DNA of 21,136 nt from a virus (Duplodnaviria; Heunggongvirae; Uroviricota; Caudoviricetes): the IMG/VR virus record IMGVR_UViG_2667528074_000001; one strand, written 5' to 3'. Positions 1-9,262 of this stretch are shown piece after piece. The translations under genes and the position numbers were made by a program. Position 1 is the stretch's first letter. Each line of letters begins with the position of its first letter. Under the pieces are notes generated by a model that saw only the letters and a list, made by a program, of their open reading frames with translations, made no database searches and was not told where the DNA came from.

Positions 1-386
1 TGCCCTGCCTGTCGTTCGCTTTCTGTTGCGGTTTCGGCACCCTGCTGCGCCTGCGCCACCATTTCCTCAAATCGTTTCACCACGTCGGGTTTGAGGTCGC
101 CTTCATCCAGGGCAGTCAGAAAATCGTTCAGCGTGCCGGGCTTTGAGTCGTCGTATACAGCAATATCGCCAACACAGTACTCGTCGCGCCAGCCCTGTTT
201 CAGATATACGCAATATTTTCCGGTCTGCGCCTCAAAACAGTACTCGCCACAGTTTCCTGTCACCACGTCGGCAACTGTGCGCATCACCACCTCTGAGGTG
301 TTTACCCGGGATTTCAGAATAATGTGGCATCCGGACATGGGGATACCTGCGCCATCAATCAGCGCACCTGATATCACTACAGACAT
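1..386 (-). CDS. Side tail fibre protein, N-terminal domain (lambda Stf-like); gene starts at ATG 386..384 and runs off the window start
   Basis: Manual minus-strand translation from ATG 386..384: MSVVISGALIDGAGIPMSGCHIILKSRVNTSEVVMRTVADVV...VYDDSKPGTLNDFLTALDEGDLKPDVVKRFEEMVAQAQQ, open to position 1. Matches, from memory, the conserved N-terminal domain of lambda Stf and related prophage side tail fibres (VYEDSQPGTLNDFL motif). Absent from the ORF track because it is truncated by the window edge. Confidence 0.7.
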   Translation of the reverse strand, partial: MSVVISGALIDGAGIPMSGCHIILKSRVNTSEVVMRTVADVVTGNCGEYCFEAQTGKYCVYLKQGWRDEYCVGDIAVYDDSKPGTLNDFLTALDEGDLKPDVVKRFEEMVAQAQQGAETATESERQAG

Positions 387-409
387 AGTTTTTCTCGCGA
401 TAAATTAAA

Positions 410-955
410 TCAGGAAGAGGCTTCCGGAGAGACGGGCCATTCAATGGCGTTATATGAGACTTTATCAGTGATGGTGCTGAAATCCATCGCCTGCAGCGAT
501 TTCGCGTAAATGCGGTACGCTTTCAGCTTTTCCCTGTCTTCGTTGCTGATTAACCCCAGCAATAAATCCTTTTCCCACTCGCTGGTCATGATGCTGGCCT
601 GTTGTAACAGGGCATCGCGTTCATCTTCCGCTTTAAGTTTGTAGTCGAAAACAAATTCATCATTGCGGTAGAACCAGTAACCCGGTGCGGTAATGCGACG
701 GTTAGCGGTAATGTCCGGAACCTCAATAACACTGGTGTTGCGGGGTTCAATGCCTGTCACATCCTTACCGACCCATACCACGCGACCATCTCCGGTGTAA
801 GCTATTTTTATTGTGTCGCTGGCGAAATTCTTCAGTTCTTCATACCAGTTTTTGTCGTCTTCCGAAAAAAGCCAGGTAACATCATATTTTTTTGTCATCT
901 GGTATTGTTCTGCGGTTTTCGGATTACCCGCAGTAATATTTTTTAAATGCAACAT
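410..955 (-). CDS. Tail fibre assembly protein (P2 gpG-like Tfa)
   Basis: 181-aa ORF. N-terminus MLHLKNITAGNPKTAEQYQMTKKYDVTWLFSEDDKNWYEELKNF closely resembles recalled P2 G / Tfa N-terminus (MQHLKNI..GNPKT.EQYQ). Lies directly downstream of the tail fibre gene (2-nt gap). Confidence 0.88.
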   Translation of the reverse strand: MLHLKNITAGNPKTAEQYQMTKKYDVTWLFSEDDKNWYEELKNFASDTIKIAYTGDGRVVWVGKDVTGIEPRNTSVIEVPDITANRRITAPGYWFYRNDEFVFDYKLKAEDERDALLQQASIMTSEWEKDLLLGLISNEDREKLKAYRIYAKSLQAMDFSTITDKVSYNAIEWPVSPEASS

Positions 956-957
956 TG

Positions 958-2166
958 TTAAACACTCGCCACGTTATACCAGGTGCCGTTAATCAGTTTC
1001 TGAAGCGGTCGGTAATACACACCGCCAATGTTATCTGCCGAATTACTCCCGGTTTCCTGCACATTAATACCTGATAATCCGTGGCCTGAAGGTGAGCGAA
1101 ATGTCCAGGATATCTGGTTACCTCCCGGGTTGTAATACATTTCGGAACCATAACGCACATCCTGCACGCCGCCATTTCGCTGCTGGTAACGGGCATCGAA
1201 ATTTCCATAGTTTGATGGGGTCATCTGTCCGTTTACAGCGAATGTGACGCTACCGTCTGTATTTCTCTGACTATAGAAATGCCAGCCGGAATCATCACCA
1301 AGTTCTGCAACTACAGGTCTGGATTGATTGCCCCATAAATTAAACCCTACGTTCTTCGTGGAACTGTCAGAACTGGATAGCGTAAACCTTCTGCCATTTC
1401 CGGCCTGAATATTTTTTAACGCCATCGCCACGCCATTCTGAAAACGAAATACATGCTGACCATTCGCATAAACATCCAGAATGCCATCGCCGTTTTGTTT
1501 CAGGCCAGTATCGTTATCCCCGAAAGCAATTGAGTTTCCGCCCAGCGCGTTCTGAACACCGATACCAAGCGCACCATTGACCTGAGAACCGCCGCCAACA
1601 GACACTTTATGCGACATGGATATTTCACCCGTCCGCAGATTAATAGTGAACGGGCGAAGTGGACCAATATCGCCATTTTCACCCTGGTTTTCCTGTGTTG
1701 GAATAAGATACAGGAACTCTTCCGAACGACGAAAAATAAGACCAAAAGCGTCGTTGAAAATCCTCAGCGCATTAACACCACGGATTTTAAGTTCCCCGGT
1801 CATGGTGTCACCATCACGCTGAACGGCATTTTTTGCCTTGTCCACCGTGGGTTTTAATCCGAGGTTTTCAACAGCCTCATCCTTGTCTTCCACATCCGAA
1901 AGATTATTTTTCCTCAGCAATGCCTCTTCGTTAATTGCACCGCCCACCAGTAATAATATGGCTTTATATAGCTGATCGTGTTCTTCTTTATTCAGTTCTA
2001 TCCCGGCCTTCTCAATGACACCACAGATTTCCTCCTGAATGGCATCCCACATGGCACTGTTCAGCCAGGTGGCAAGACGTCCTGTGCGAAGATTTCCGTC
2101 AGTAAATCCGTTCTTGCCCGGACCAAACTTATCTTTTACCGCTGTCAGCGTATCAATCCTGTGCAT
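958..2166 (-). CDS. Tail fibre protein, mosaic: P2 gpH / lambda Stf-like C-terminal receptor-binding region
   Basis: ORF track 958..2199; start placed at the ATG at 2166..2164 (MHRIDTLTAV...), which gives an ATGA-type overlap with the upstream gene's stop. C-terminal half (NALGGNSIAFGDNDTGLKQNGDGILDVYANGQHVFRFQNGVA...WHFYSQRNTDGSVTFAVNGQMTPSNYGNFDARY...INGTWYNVASV) matches recalled P2 H C-terminus. The N-terminal ~200 aa is unrelated to P2 H. Confidence 0.85.
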   Translation of the reverse strand: MHRIDTLTAVKDKFGPGKNGFTDGNLRTGRLATWLNSAMWDAIQEEICGVIEKAGIELNKEEHDQLYKAILLLVGGAINEEALLRKNNLSDVEDKDEAVENLGLKPTVDKAKNAVQRDGDTMTGELKIRGVNALRIFNDAFGLIFRRSEEFLYLIPTQENQGENGDIGPLRPFTINLRTGEISMSHKVSVGGGSQVNGALGIGVQNALGGNSIAFGDNDTGLKQNGDGILDVYANGQHVFRFQNGVAMALKNIQAGNGRRFTLSSSDSSTKNVGFNLWGNQSRPVVAELGDDSGWHFYSQRNTDGSVTFAVNGQMTPSNYGNFDARYQQRNGGVQDVRYGSEMYYNPGGNQISWTFRSPSGHGLSGINVQETGSNSADNIGGVYYRPLQKLINGTWYNVASV

Positions 2167-2743
2167 CCTCAGCCTCCTCTGGATAAGAAAATAAAACAAC
2201 GGTATGCGACGGACATAATTTATTAATCACGCACTCCGCAACCGTATCGCCCCACGTCCGGATCGGTGTGTTGCAGGCATCCGTGCATGTCTGCCACTGA
2301 GCACCGGCATCCACCGGCAACGTCACACGCCAGAAATAACGCCAGCGATCCCCCCATTCCGGATCGGGGCTTGCATCCAGGTGCTGGAACTGTTCGATCG
2401 TCACGCCGGTATATCCCAGCGCCTCAAGCTGATCCAGGAAGAACTGCTTATTTATGCCACCAGCCACATTGGCTTTTGCTTCAAGACGTTGCTGACGCTG
2501 GCGTAATGTCTGGGTTCCGACAGGGGAACAGGAATCAGGTAAACCATACAATTCTTCATAACGTTCAATCAGCTCTGTGGACTGACTGGGATCGATTTCA
2601 ATCACCAGTTCATCAGCCCGCTGGTGAACACGCACAAGCGATGGTGCCAGACCGTCAAGTACACCGTCGGTATCTGACCATGCAGGTCCCGGCGGCATCA
2701 GGCCATACAACAATTTTGTATAATCATCCTGTAACGTATCCAT
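2153..2743 (-). CDS. Tail/baseplate protein, Mu gp48-like (DUF2313 / YmfQ-like, gpI analogue)
   Basis: 196-aa ORF between the baseplate J-like gene and the tail fibre gene, the position occupied by gp48 in Mu-type tail modules. Stop overlaps the fibre start. Confidence 0.7.
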   Translation of the reverse strand: MDTLQDDYTKLLYGLMPPGPAWSDTDGVLDGLAPSLVRVHQRADELVIEIDPSQSTELIERYEELYGLPDSCSPVGTQTLRQRQQRLEAKANVAGGINKQFFLDQLEALGYTGVTIEQFQHLDASPDPEWGDRWRYFWRVTLPVDAGAQWQTCTDACNTPIRTWGDTVAECVINKLCPSHTVVLFSYPEEAEDAQD

Positions 2744-3825
2744 TATTTACTCCTTACCGGGTCATAAGCCTGCCATGTGATCTCCCCGAGCACCGGAAGC
2801 TCAGTTTCCCCCAGGTCAATATCCGATGAAGGGTCGATAAGTCGATGGGCCACCTCACCTGCAGATAAACTGATAGCCTCGCTGATTCTGGACAGATACA
2901 TGCGCCCTTCCGGCACACCATCCCGGAACATCAGCGCATTCAGTTCTGATTTTATTGCCGCCCTGATCTGCGGTGTGTCTTTCGATAACGCAATCGTCAT
3001 CGGAATGACTTTTTCTGTGGCACCGAATACATACAATCCGCTTCCGGCAACAGGTGCCAGAGGAAGGATGTGGTCCCTGACTGCGTTAATCACGCTTTCA
3101 TCCGGGGCCGGGTGTTCCGGATCGTTTGTCGCCACCATCACGCCAACCGTTCCAATCCCTTTCCAGTGTCTGAAAGTCCATGCACGGTTAATACCCTGAA
3201 CTTCTTTCGCCCAGATAACATAATCAGGGTCTGCGCCCCCCTGTGGAATGTAGTAATAACGTTCCATAACGCGGGCACGCCATATTTCCAGATTTTCAAT
3301 ATCTTCACCGTCTGTAATGGTGTCTGCGTACCCTGTGGACGGCAGACCACTGACGGGTGTTCCCAGCTGCATGGCAATACCATCATCCGTATTCCCAGCC
3401 GATCCCGGTTCGTCTGCCACAACAGGCACCCGGAGAAGACCATCGGCTGCGGTCACCGTCGCCGTCGTGGTGAAGGTCACCTGATCATCACGCTGGATCT
3501 GCGTTCCCGCTGGCAATACCGGCGTCCCCTCTACGCCATCCCAGCGCACAAATCCCCGGGCTGCCACCGCATCTTTTCGCGGGCAGCGTTTGATTCTGGC
3601 GTGCCGGTACAACCAGTCTTCATCACACATGTCCGGCAACAGATTTCTGGCAAGATAATCGATATACCCGTATAACGTGTGTACGGCTGCAGCCTGTACA
3701 CGGGCATACACTTCCGCATCCATACGACGAAGCAGCGTATCCTGCTCAAAGCGGGTTAATAAATCGCTCCGGATCATAGAAATAAGTTGCGGGAGGCCGG
3801 GGCGATAAAACTGACTGTCAGCCAT
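2743..3825 (-). CDS. Baseplate J-like protein (Mu gp47-like)
   Basis: 360-aa ORF. Size, position after the gp46-like gene and sequence character are consistent with the baseplate J family. Start overlaps the upstream gene's end. Confidence 0.78.
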   Translation of the reverse strand: MADSQFYRPGLPQLISMIRSDLLTRFEQDTLLRRMDAEVYARVQAAAVHTLYGYIDYLARNLLPDMCDEDWLYRHARIKRCPRKDAVAARGFVRWDGVEGTPVLPAGTQIQRDDQVTFTTTATVTAADGLLRVPVVADEPGSAGNTDDGIAMQLGTPVSGLPSTGYADTITDGEDIENLEIWRARVMERYYYIPQGGADPDYVIWAKEVQGINRAWTFRHWKGIGTVGVMVATNDPEHPAPDESVINAVRDHILPLAPVAGSGLYVFGATEKVIPMTIALSKDTPQIRAAIKSELNALMFRDGVPEGRMYLSRISEAISLSAGEVAHRLIDPSSDIDLGETELPVLGEITWQAYDPVRSK

Positions 3826-4231
3826 TCAGTTCACTCCAGATATCATCAAAAATAATGTTGTGAATATTGCCGTCACGCTGGTAAATGGTAATGGCAAGTG
3901 CCAGCGAGTCTGTCCCGGTCCGGACAGCGTTAATATCAAGACGGGAAGCAGCACCATCCTCCACCATCCACGCCAGCGCCTCACGGGCATAATCTCTGGC
4001 AAGCTGCGGGGTTTTATTTGTCAACTTGCTGCGTCGCAACAGATACAGACGCGACCCCGTGCGATCATTCTGAACCGCAGGCCAGGTATCCCCCCACCAT
4101 CCAAATATCTGCGGCGCATCATCATCCCGCCCGGCACGCCGCCAGGTAAAAAGCGAAATAATCACAGCACGCGTCAGAAGGTCGAGCGAAGCCCCGGTCG
4201 ACACGGATCGCCCGTTAACATTAATCATCAT
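3818..4231 (-). CDS. Baseplate protein, Mu gp46-like (gpW/gp25-like wedge)
   Basis: 137-aa ORF in the conserved position between the spike (gpV-like) and baseplate J-like genes. Confidence 0.68.
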   Translation of the reverse strand: MMINVNGRSVSTGASLDLLTRAVIISLFTWRRAGRDDDAPQIFGWWGDTWPAVQNDRTGSRLYLLRRSKLTNKTPQLARDYAREALAWMVEDGAASRLDINAVRTGTDSLALAITIYQRDGNIHNIIFDDIWSELNG

Positions 4232-4236
4232 GATTT

Positions 4237-4770
4237 TCAGCCCATCGGTTGATCCGGCGTGTCAGTGATCCCGCCACCATCACCATTTTCGGTGTGTTTG
4301 TGGGCATTGTAGGTCTGCCGCATTTGCTGCATGCTGAGTCCGCCACTGTCGCAATTGTCAGTAATATCAGCGGTGGATTCGACAGGCATTTCAAAGCGCG
4401 CTTTAGGCGCGTTTTTAAAAATAATGGGCTTCCCGGCCCCGTTCACCACAATACCGGAACGGGTCAGGACAACGGACTGCCCCTGATCGTCATAAAGCGC
4501 CACTTCCCCACGTTTCAGTCCTTTCAACCTGTAACGTCTGTCAGACACGACCACAACCACACCATGAGAACGGTCGCCTGCCGGGAATAAAGCAACGCCC
4601 TCAGCACCGTTCTGTGCAGCAGATGTAAAACCATAAGGCTCAAGGTGCTCAACGTGTTGTTTCTGATCTCCGGCTATCATTTTCAACCCTACAGACTGAC
4701 ACTTTCTGGCGGAATCCACCGCCGTGATGACAGCCCGGGAAATCAGATTGCGAAGAGAAAACCCGTTCAT
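4237..4770 (-). CDS. Baseplate assembly protein V-like central spike (Mu gp45-like)
   Basis: 177-aa ORF with gpV-like features (GDRSHGVVVVVSDRRYR, then a Gly-rich tip KHTENGDGGGITDTP). Conserved position. Confidence 0.78.
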   Translation of the reverse strand: MNGFSLRNLISRAVITAVDSARKCQSVGLKMIAGDQKQHVEHLEPYGFTSAAQNGAEGVALFPAGDRSHGVVVVVSDRRYRLKGLKRGEVALYDDQGQSVVLTRSGIVVNGAGKPIIFKNAPKARFEMPVESTADITDNCDSGGLSMQQMRQTYNAHKHTENGDGGGITDTPDQPMG

Positions 4771-5825
4771 CAGAAATCCTCCTCAACATTTTTTTTCTTC
4801 CTGGCGGTGACAGGCTCAGGGAGATAAGCATCTGCCGGGCCAACCCGTAATTCGGTCGTCGTGCCCCGGTCGTCATGGTTATAGGTAACTTCTGCGATCA
4901 CCAGTTCATCATTATCAAAATTATTCAGCGGGTCGAAAACGATGACAGATAACCCCGGACGCCATAACGCGCCACTGCCCTGCCGCCAGCCCTGAACCGT
5001 ATATGTTGTCTCACGGGTAAGCGCAGCCCGTTGGCGCGCTTCAAATTCACAACGGGCCTTACAGGTTGCTGTCGTTGCTGTACCTGACTGCTGAATCAAC
5101 AAAGGGCGATAACGGGTCACGCCACTGTCCTGAATGGTCTGACGTATTGCGGCAATGGTGGCCTCACCAAAATCATCGTCGTTGCCCGGGCGCTGCCCAC
5201 TGACCTGATATTCAGAAAACCGCTCTCTGATGCTTCTTTCCGTGTCACAGGAAAGAATATTCTCTCCCAGCACCAGTGCTGTCGCCGCCTTGCCTGTTCC
5301 TGGTTTCCCCAGAACCAGTCGTCCGCATTCATCGTCATAAGCCAGCGTCTGAACCTGCCCCAGCAACCGGTTAAGACAATCGGCAACAGTTTCGCCGTGT
5401 TCCGGCTGGGCATCAATCACCGCTGTCTGCGGCACGCCAGCATCAACAACGGTGATGCCAAATGGCGCAGCCAGTTCACTGACTATTCTGAGCAGGTTTT
5501 TTCCGCTCTGCTGAAGTGGCAAAGCAGAGCAGTCAACCAGATCGGCTGTTTTGCTTCGCCCGACAATACCCATGCTGACGCTGCTGGCGTCATAACGAAG
5601 CGGCAGTGCCTCCACATATCCGGTGAGCACGGGATCATCCCCGATAAGCACTTCAACCAGCTCACCATTTTTTATCCGGGGTTGATAATCCCGGCTTCCG
5701 GGCCAACGGGTGGTAATGGCAACATTAAAATCCCGGGCAATACGGTTAATGCCCGCACTGATACGGACGGATGTCCAGCCGCCCCATTCGCGACCGGAAA
5801 CCCGAAGTAAAACGGTATTATTCAT
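4770..5825 (-). CDS. Baseplate hub protein (Mu gp44 / gpP-like)
   Basis: 351-aa ORF between the DNA circularisation gene and the spike gene. TGATG/ATGA-type overlaps with both neighbours. Confidence 0.7.
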   Translation of the reverse strand: MNNTVLLRVSGREWGGWTSVRISAGINRIARDFNVAITTRWPGSRDYQPRIKNGELVEVLIGDDPVLTGYVEALPLRYDASSVSMGIVGRSKTADLVDCSALPLQQSGKNLLRIVSELAAPFGITVVDAGVPQTAVIDAQPEHGETVADCLNRLLGQVQTLAYDDECGRLVLGKPGTGKAATALVLGENILSCDTERSIRERFSEYQVSGQRPGNDDDFGEATIAAIRQTIQDSGVTRYRPLLIQQSGTATTATCKARCEFEARQRAALTRETTYTVQGWRQGSGALWRPGLSVIVFDPLNNFDNDELVIAEVTYNHDDRGTTTELRVGPADAYLPEPVTARKKKNVEEDF

Positions 5826-7213
5826 CTGACGGGTACCCTTAATGCCCTGACCGGAACAAAGCCCGGATGGGAGATGGCATTTCGATCCAGGATATCAGTT
5901 TCACGGGACGCATCGTCGTACCATGACGCAGCCAGAACAAGCGCAGGCAGAACCTCCGCTGGCGTTCGCTCTGCGGTTTCCTCCGTCTGAACCAGGCGCG
6001 CCTGAATATCCCGGTTCAGTTCTGTACGTAATGACGTCAGCTGAAAAAACAGCCTGTCATCCGTCGTCCGTCTGAGTTCCTGTTCAATCGCCGCGTTAAG
6101 CGATTCGCGTATGATGGTGAGATTTTCCCGCGTGGGTGGTTGTGCTGTCTCATTCTGCTCTGTGCTGGCAGTCACACTGTCAAGTGCCGGATGTGAAACG
6201 TGAATAATATCAGACTGACGCTCAGCAGAGCCGCCAACAGCCACAACCGCCTGCTGATTTTTCACCAGACTTCCGGGTTGCGGCAGTGAAGTGACCGCCC
6301 TTGCAGCCTCGCTGACTGCCGTCGTCCGGATGACTGCAGCCACCAGATTTGTCTGCTGTTTTTGCCTGACAACCGATGCGGAATCTGTGGGCCACACCGC
6401 GCGCGGTGCCAGTCCTGGATCCAGCGTAATACCGGACATTGTGGTTATGGACTGCACCAGATCCTGTGTGTTATCCACCAGTCTGGTTCCGGCCCGCCAG
6501 GTATCCTGCAACGTATGCACAAAATCACTGGCAAACGATGGCGGCATCAGAATGACGGACAAATCACCCTGCAGCAGCCTCATTCCGGCAGAAACAGCAG
6601 AATTAACCATTCTGAAAGCCGTCTGAACGGTTCCCAGCATATCGGTTGCCCGGACAATAACGTCGTTCTGAATAAAGTCCGGTATTCCCGCGAGATCAAA
6701 ATCGCCGAACATGTCTTCAATCAGCTCATCCAGGAATCCTGACGACTCCTCCAGTTTTCTGGCGGTTGCGGCTCCGGCGACCGGAAATGACAGCTCCCCG
6801 CTCTCAACAAACTGAAATGACACCCGGCACATACGGCCTTCAGTACCGGAATGAGAAACGGTCACCTGTCCGTCAATACAGCCCTGCATTTCACCGAACT
6901 GCGGATGGATCAGTGTCCCCGGCCCGGCGGTTTCAATCGCGGTAATCAGCCTGTCGCGCTGCTCTGCGTAATCATCACCAACGAGATACGCATTAATCGT
7001 CAGCCGTCGCGTGGCACGCCCGAGATCTTCCGTGTACGGTTTGTCACGGTCTGGATATTCATGGACCTGAACGCGACGTCCGAACGTACCCTCGTCGCTT
7101 TCCACTGAAAACGGAACACCTCGAAAAGAAGCGTCATAAAGATTATCGCGCCATGTCGTTCCGGAAGATGAAGAAAACAAAGAGGACAAAGAAGGTAAGG
7201 AAGGAAAATCCAT
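5822..7213 (-). CDS. DNA circularisation protein N-like (Mu gp43-like)
   Basis: 463-aa ORF immediately downstream of the tape measure gene, the conserved position of Mu N. N-terminal region (YDASFRGVPFSVESDEGTFGRRVQVHEYPDRDKPYTEDLG) is consistent with that family. Confidence 0.72.
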   Translation of the reverse strand: MDFPSLPSLSSLFSSSSGTTWRDNLYDASFRGVPFSVESDEGTFGRRVQVHEYPDRDKPYTEDLGRATRRLTINAYLVGDDYAEQRDRLITAIETAGPGTLIHPQFGEMQGCIDGQVTVSHSGTEGRMCRVSFQFVESGELSFPVAGAATARKLEESSGFLDELIEDMFGDFDLAGIPDFIQNDVIVRATDMLGTVQTAFRMVNSAVSAGMRLLQGDLSVILMPPSFASDFVHTLQDTWRAGTRLVDNTQDLVQSITTMSGITLDPGLAPRAVWPTDSASVVRQKQQTNLVAAVIRTTAVSEAARAVTSLPQPGSLVKNQQAVVAVGGSAERQSDIIHVSHPALDSVTASTEQNETAQPPTRENLTIIRESLNAAIEQELRRTTDDRLFFQLTSLRTELNRDIQARLVQTEETAERTPAEVLPALVLAASWYDDASRETDILDRNAISHPGFVPVRALRVPVR

Positions 7214-7228
7214 TCTGATATCCCATTG

Positions 7229-9178
7229 TTAACGCCTGAAAGGTGAATACCCAACGTCATGGGTGATTTTCATAAAGGGATCGCCTGTTTTCGGCAAATC
7301 GATGACACGCATTCCAGGCGGCGCGTTGTCAAACGTCACCTTAAGTTCGCTGCGGGTTGCCGGTGAAGATGAAAGGTTTAACAGCTGATTCCTTTCCAGT
7401 GATACATTCGGGGTGTAGCGTTTTTCTGGAGATAAATACCCATCACCACGTGGCATCTGCCATCCGGTCATGTCATAGACAAAATCATGGAACTGTTTGC
7501 CCCACTCGTCGAACTTATCATTCAGACCAAATCCACTGTTCAGCGCATCAGCCACAAAATTTTTAACAAGCCAGGGATGTTCTTTTTCAAACTCCTGCGC
7601 CATCATGCCGAGCTCAAGCAATCCCCCAATGAGGCTGATCTTTCCGAGGCCCTTTAATTTCAGGGATGTTTTACCTGCCGCCGCTGTCCATTGATTCTGA
7701 GCGGCTATTGCTGCACGAATGCTTGCCACCGCCTTCACACCAATATACAGGGCAGAAACCGTTGCTATTGTTTTTACTGCCTGTTCCCATCCCCCCATTG
7801 CTCTGACAACCTGATCAACCTCCTGCCAGACTTTTTTCACAACCGGCCCGACCGTTTCCCAGTTATCAATAATGAGATACGCCCCTGCCACCAGTAACGT
7901 AATGAGTCCCTTTGCCGGTGTCATATTCATCACACCACTAAGGATTTTTCCCATCCGCGACAGCGAGCCAATGGCAACACCAAATGTCAGCAGTGCCAGC
8001 CCCGTTTTCGCGATGGTTTTTACGACCTCAGGATTTTCTCTGACAAACGTGCGCACTTCTTCCAGAAAAGGCTTCATCTCTTTTATGCCTTCATTGAGTG
8101 AAGGCAGGAAGGTTTCCCCCAGCGTGGAAGAAATCGCATTGATCTGGTTCTTCAGCAGCAACAACTGGTTTTCCGTCGTCGCGGCACGGGCGGCATATTC
8201 TTTCTGCATTGAGCCGCCATACTGCTGCGCATCCGCCACACGATTAAAATTGGTTCGCAACAAATCCAGATTCGTGAGCAGCGGCGCGATGGCTCCCAGA
8301 GATTCCTTCCCGAACAGCGCATTCAGCACTGCAGCCTGTTTTTCTTTCGGCACTTTCGCCAGAGAATCCAGTACATGCAGCATGGCACCCCGGGCATCTT
8401 TCTGCATATCCGCCGCCAGCTTTTTCGGGTCAATGCGCAACAGGCGAAGCGCTTTTTTCTGCGATTTGGTGGCAGAATTCCCCGCTGTCAGCGACAGCAT
8501 AAAATTCTTTATCCCCGTCGCCGCAATTTCTGATTCCACCCCCATTCCGGCAATGGTTGCCCCCATTGCGGCAATCTCTCCGGAGGCCACACCCGCAACA
8601 CTGCCTAAAGGGCCAATACGGGTCACAACATCAGAAATCTTTTTCGCACTTGCAGGACCGGTATTACCAAGATAGTTAATCTTATCCGCAAGTCCTGCCA
8701 CCTCACCCTGTGTCAGTTTGAAGGCAGTGCGCCACTGTGCCATCATCTGACCGGATTCTTCCGCCGTGGTGTCAAAGGCCACCCCCATCTTCACGGCGTC
8801 GTCAGTAAACTGCATCAGCTCGTCACGGGCGATGCCAGCCTGACCACCCGCCGCCACGATTTCGGCGATACCTTCCGCCGACATGGGCAGTTCTGTTGAC
8901 AGGTCGCGCACCTGTTCCGTCATTGCCTTAAACGCTTCCGGCGTATCCAGACCATCCACCACTTTCCGGACATCCGCCATTTTTGATTCAAGGGCAATGG
9001 CAGATTTGACCGGGAGCGCCAGCGCCCCCAGTACTGCGGTTCCGGCACCCGCTGCGCCCAGTGACAGACTGGCAAACTCCTTTTTAAAGCCTTTCAGCTG
9101 GCGCTGCATCCCTTTCAGCGGTGCCGACACCTTATCCACGGCAGTGATGATCGCCTTCAGCTGAAAACTGTCAGCCAT
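7229..9178 (-). CDS. Tail tape measure protein
   Basis: 649-aa ORF, Ala/Gly-rich with predicted coiled-coil and hydrophobic segments. Follows the chaperone gene. ATG at 9178..9176 confirmed by eye. Confidence 0.9.
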   Translation of the reverse strand: MADSFQLKAIITAVDKVSAPLKGMQRQLKGFKKEFASLSLGAAGAGTAVLGALALPVKSAIALESKMADVRKVVDGLDTPEAFKAMTEQVRDLSTELPMSAEGIAEIVAAGGQAGIARDELMQFTDDAVKMGVAFDTTAEESGQMMAQWRTAFKLTQGEVAGLADKINYLGNTGPASAKKISDVVTRIGPLGSVAGVASGEIAAMGATIAGMGVESEIAATGIKNFMLSLTAGNSATKSQKKALRLLRIDPKKLAADMQKDARGAMLHVLDSLAKVPKEKQAAVLNALFGKESLGAIAPLLTNLDLLRTNFNRVADAQQYGGSMQKEYAARAATTENQLLLLKNQINAISSTLGETFLPSLNEGIKEMKPFLEEVRTFVRENPEVVKTIAKTGLALLTFGVAIGSLSRMGKILSGVMNMTPAKGLITLLVAGAYLIIDNWETVGPVVKKVWQEVDQVVRAMGGWEQAVKTIATVSALYIGVKAVASIRAAIAAQNQWTAAAGKTSLKLKGLGKISLIGGLLELGMMAQEFEKEHPWLVKNFVADALNSGFGLNDKFDEWGKQFHDFVYDMTGWQMPRGDGYLSPEKRYTPNVSLERNQLLNLSSSPATRSELKVTFDNAPPGMRVIDLPKTGDPFMKITHDVGYSPFRR

Positions 9179-9262
9179 GCTTCATCTCCTCGTTAATGCG
9201 GACGGCCTCGGCTTCCAGTTCTGTAAACTGCGAAATAGCCACCCGTCGCAGCTCCAGTGGAT

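Noticed and set aside
91-408. Plus-strand ORF of 105 aa at the window start
   Set aside because: Entirely antisense to the minus-strand Stf-like tail fibre N-terminal domain, which has a recognisable conserved sequence. Ser/Thr/Pro/Arg-rich composition is typical of a shadow ORF.
1-2200. Possible invertible tail-fibre segment (Mu G or e14 P-region type)
   Set aside because: No inverted copy of a fibre or chaperone gene, no flanking inverted repeats and no invertase gene are visible within the window. The second fibre gene is in the same orientation. This cannot be excluded beyond position 1.
2266-3675. Plus-strand ORFs 2266..2829, 2777..3199 and 3070..3675 (140-201 aa)
   Set aside because: Antisense to the gp48-like and baseplate J-like genes. 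Cys/His/Arg/Pro-rich translations characteristic of shadow frames in GC-rich coding DNA.
7872-8675. Plus-strand ORF of 267 aa inside the tape measure gene
   Set aside because: Antisense to a well-supported 649-aa tape measure ORF. Low-complexity Ser/Ala/Phe-rich translation with no SD. The same reasoning applies to plus ORFs 7357..7566, 7497..7694, 7691..7897 and 8883..9164.
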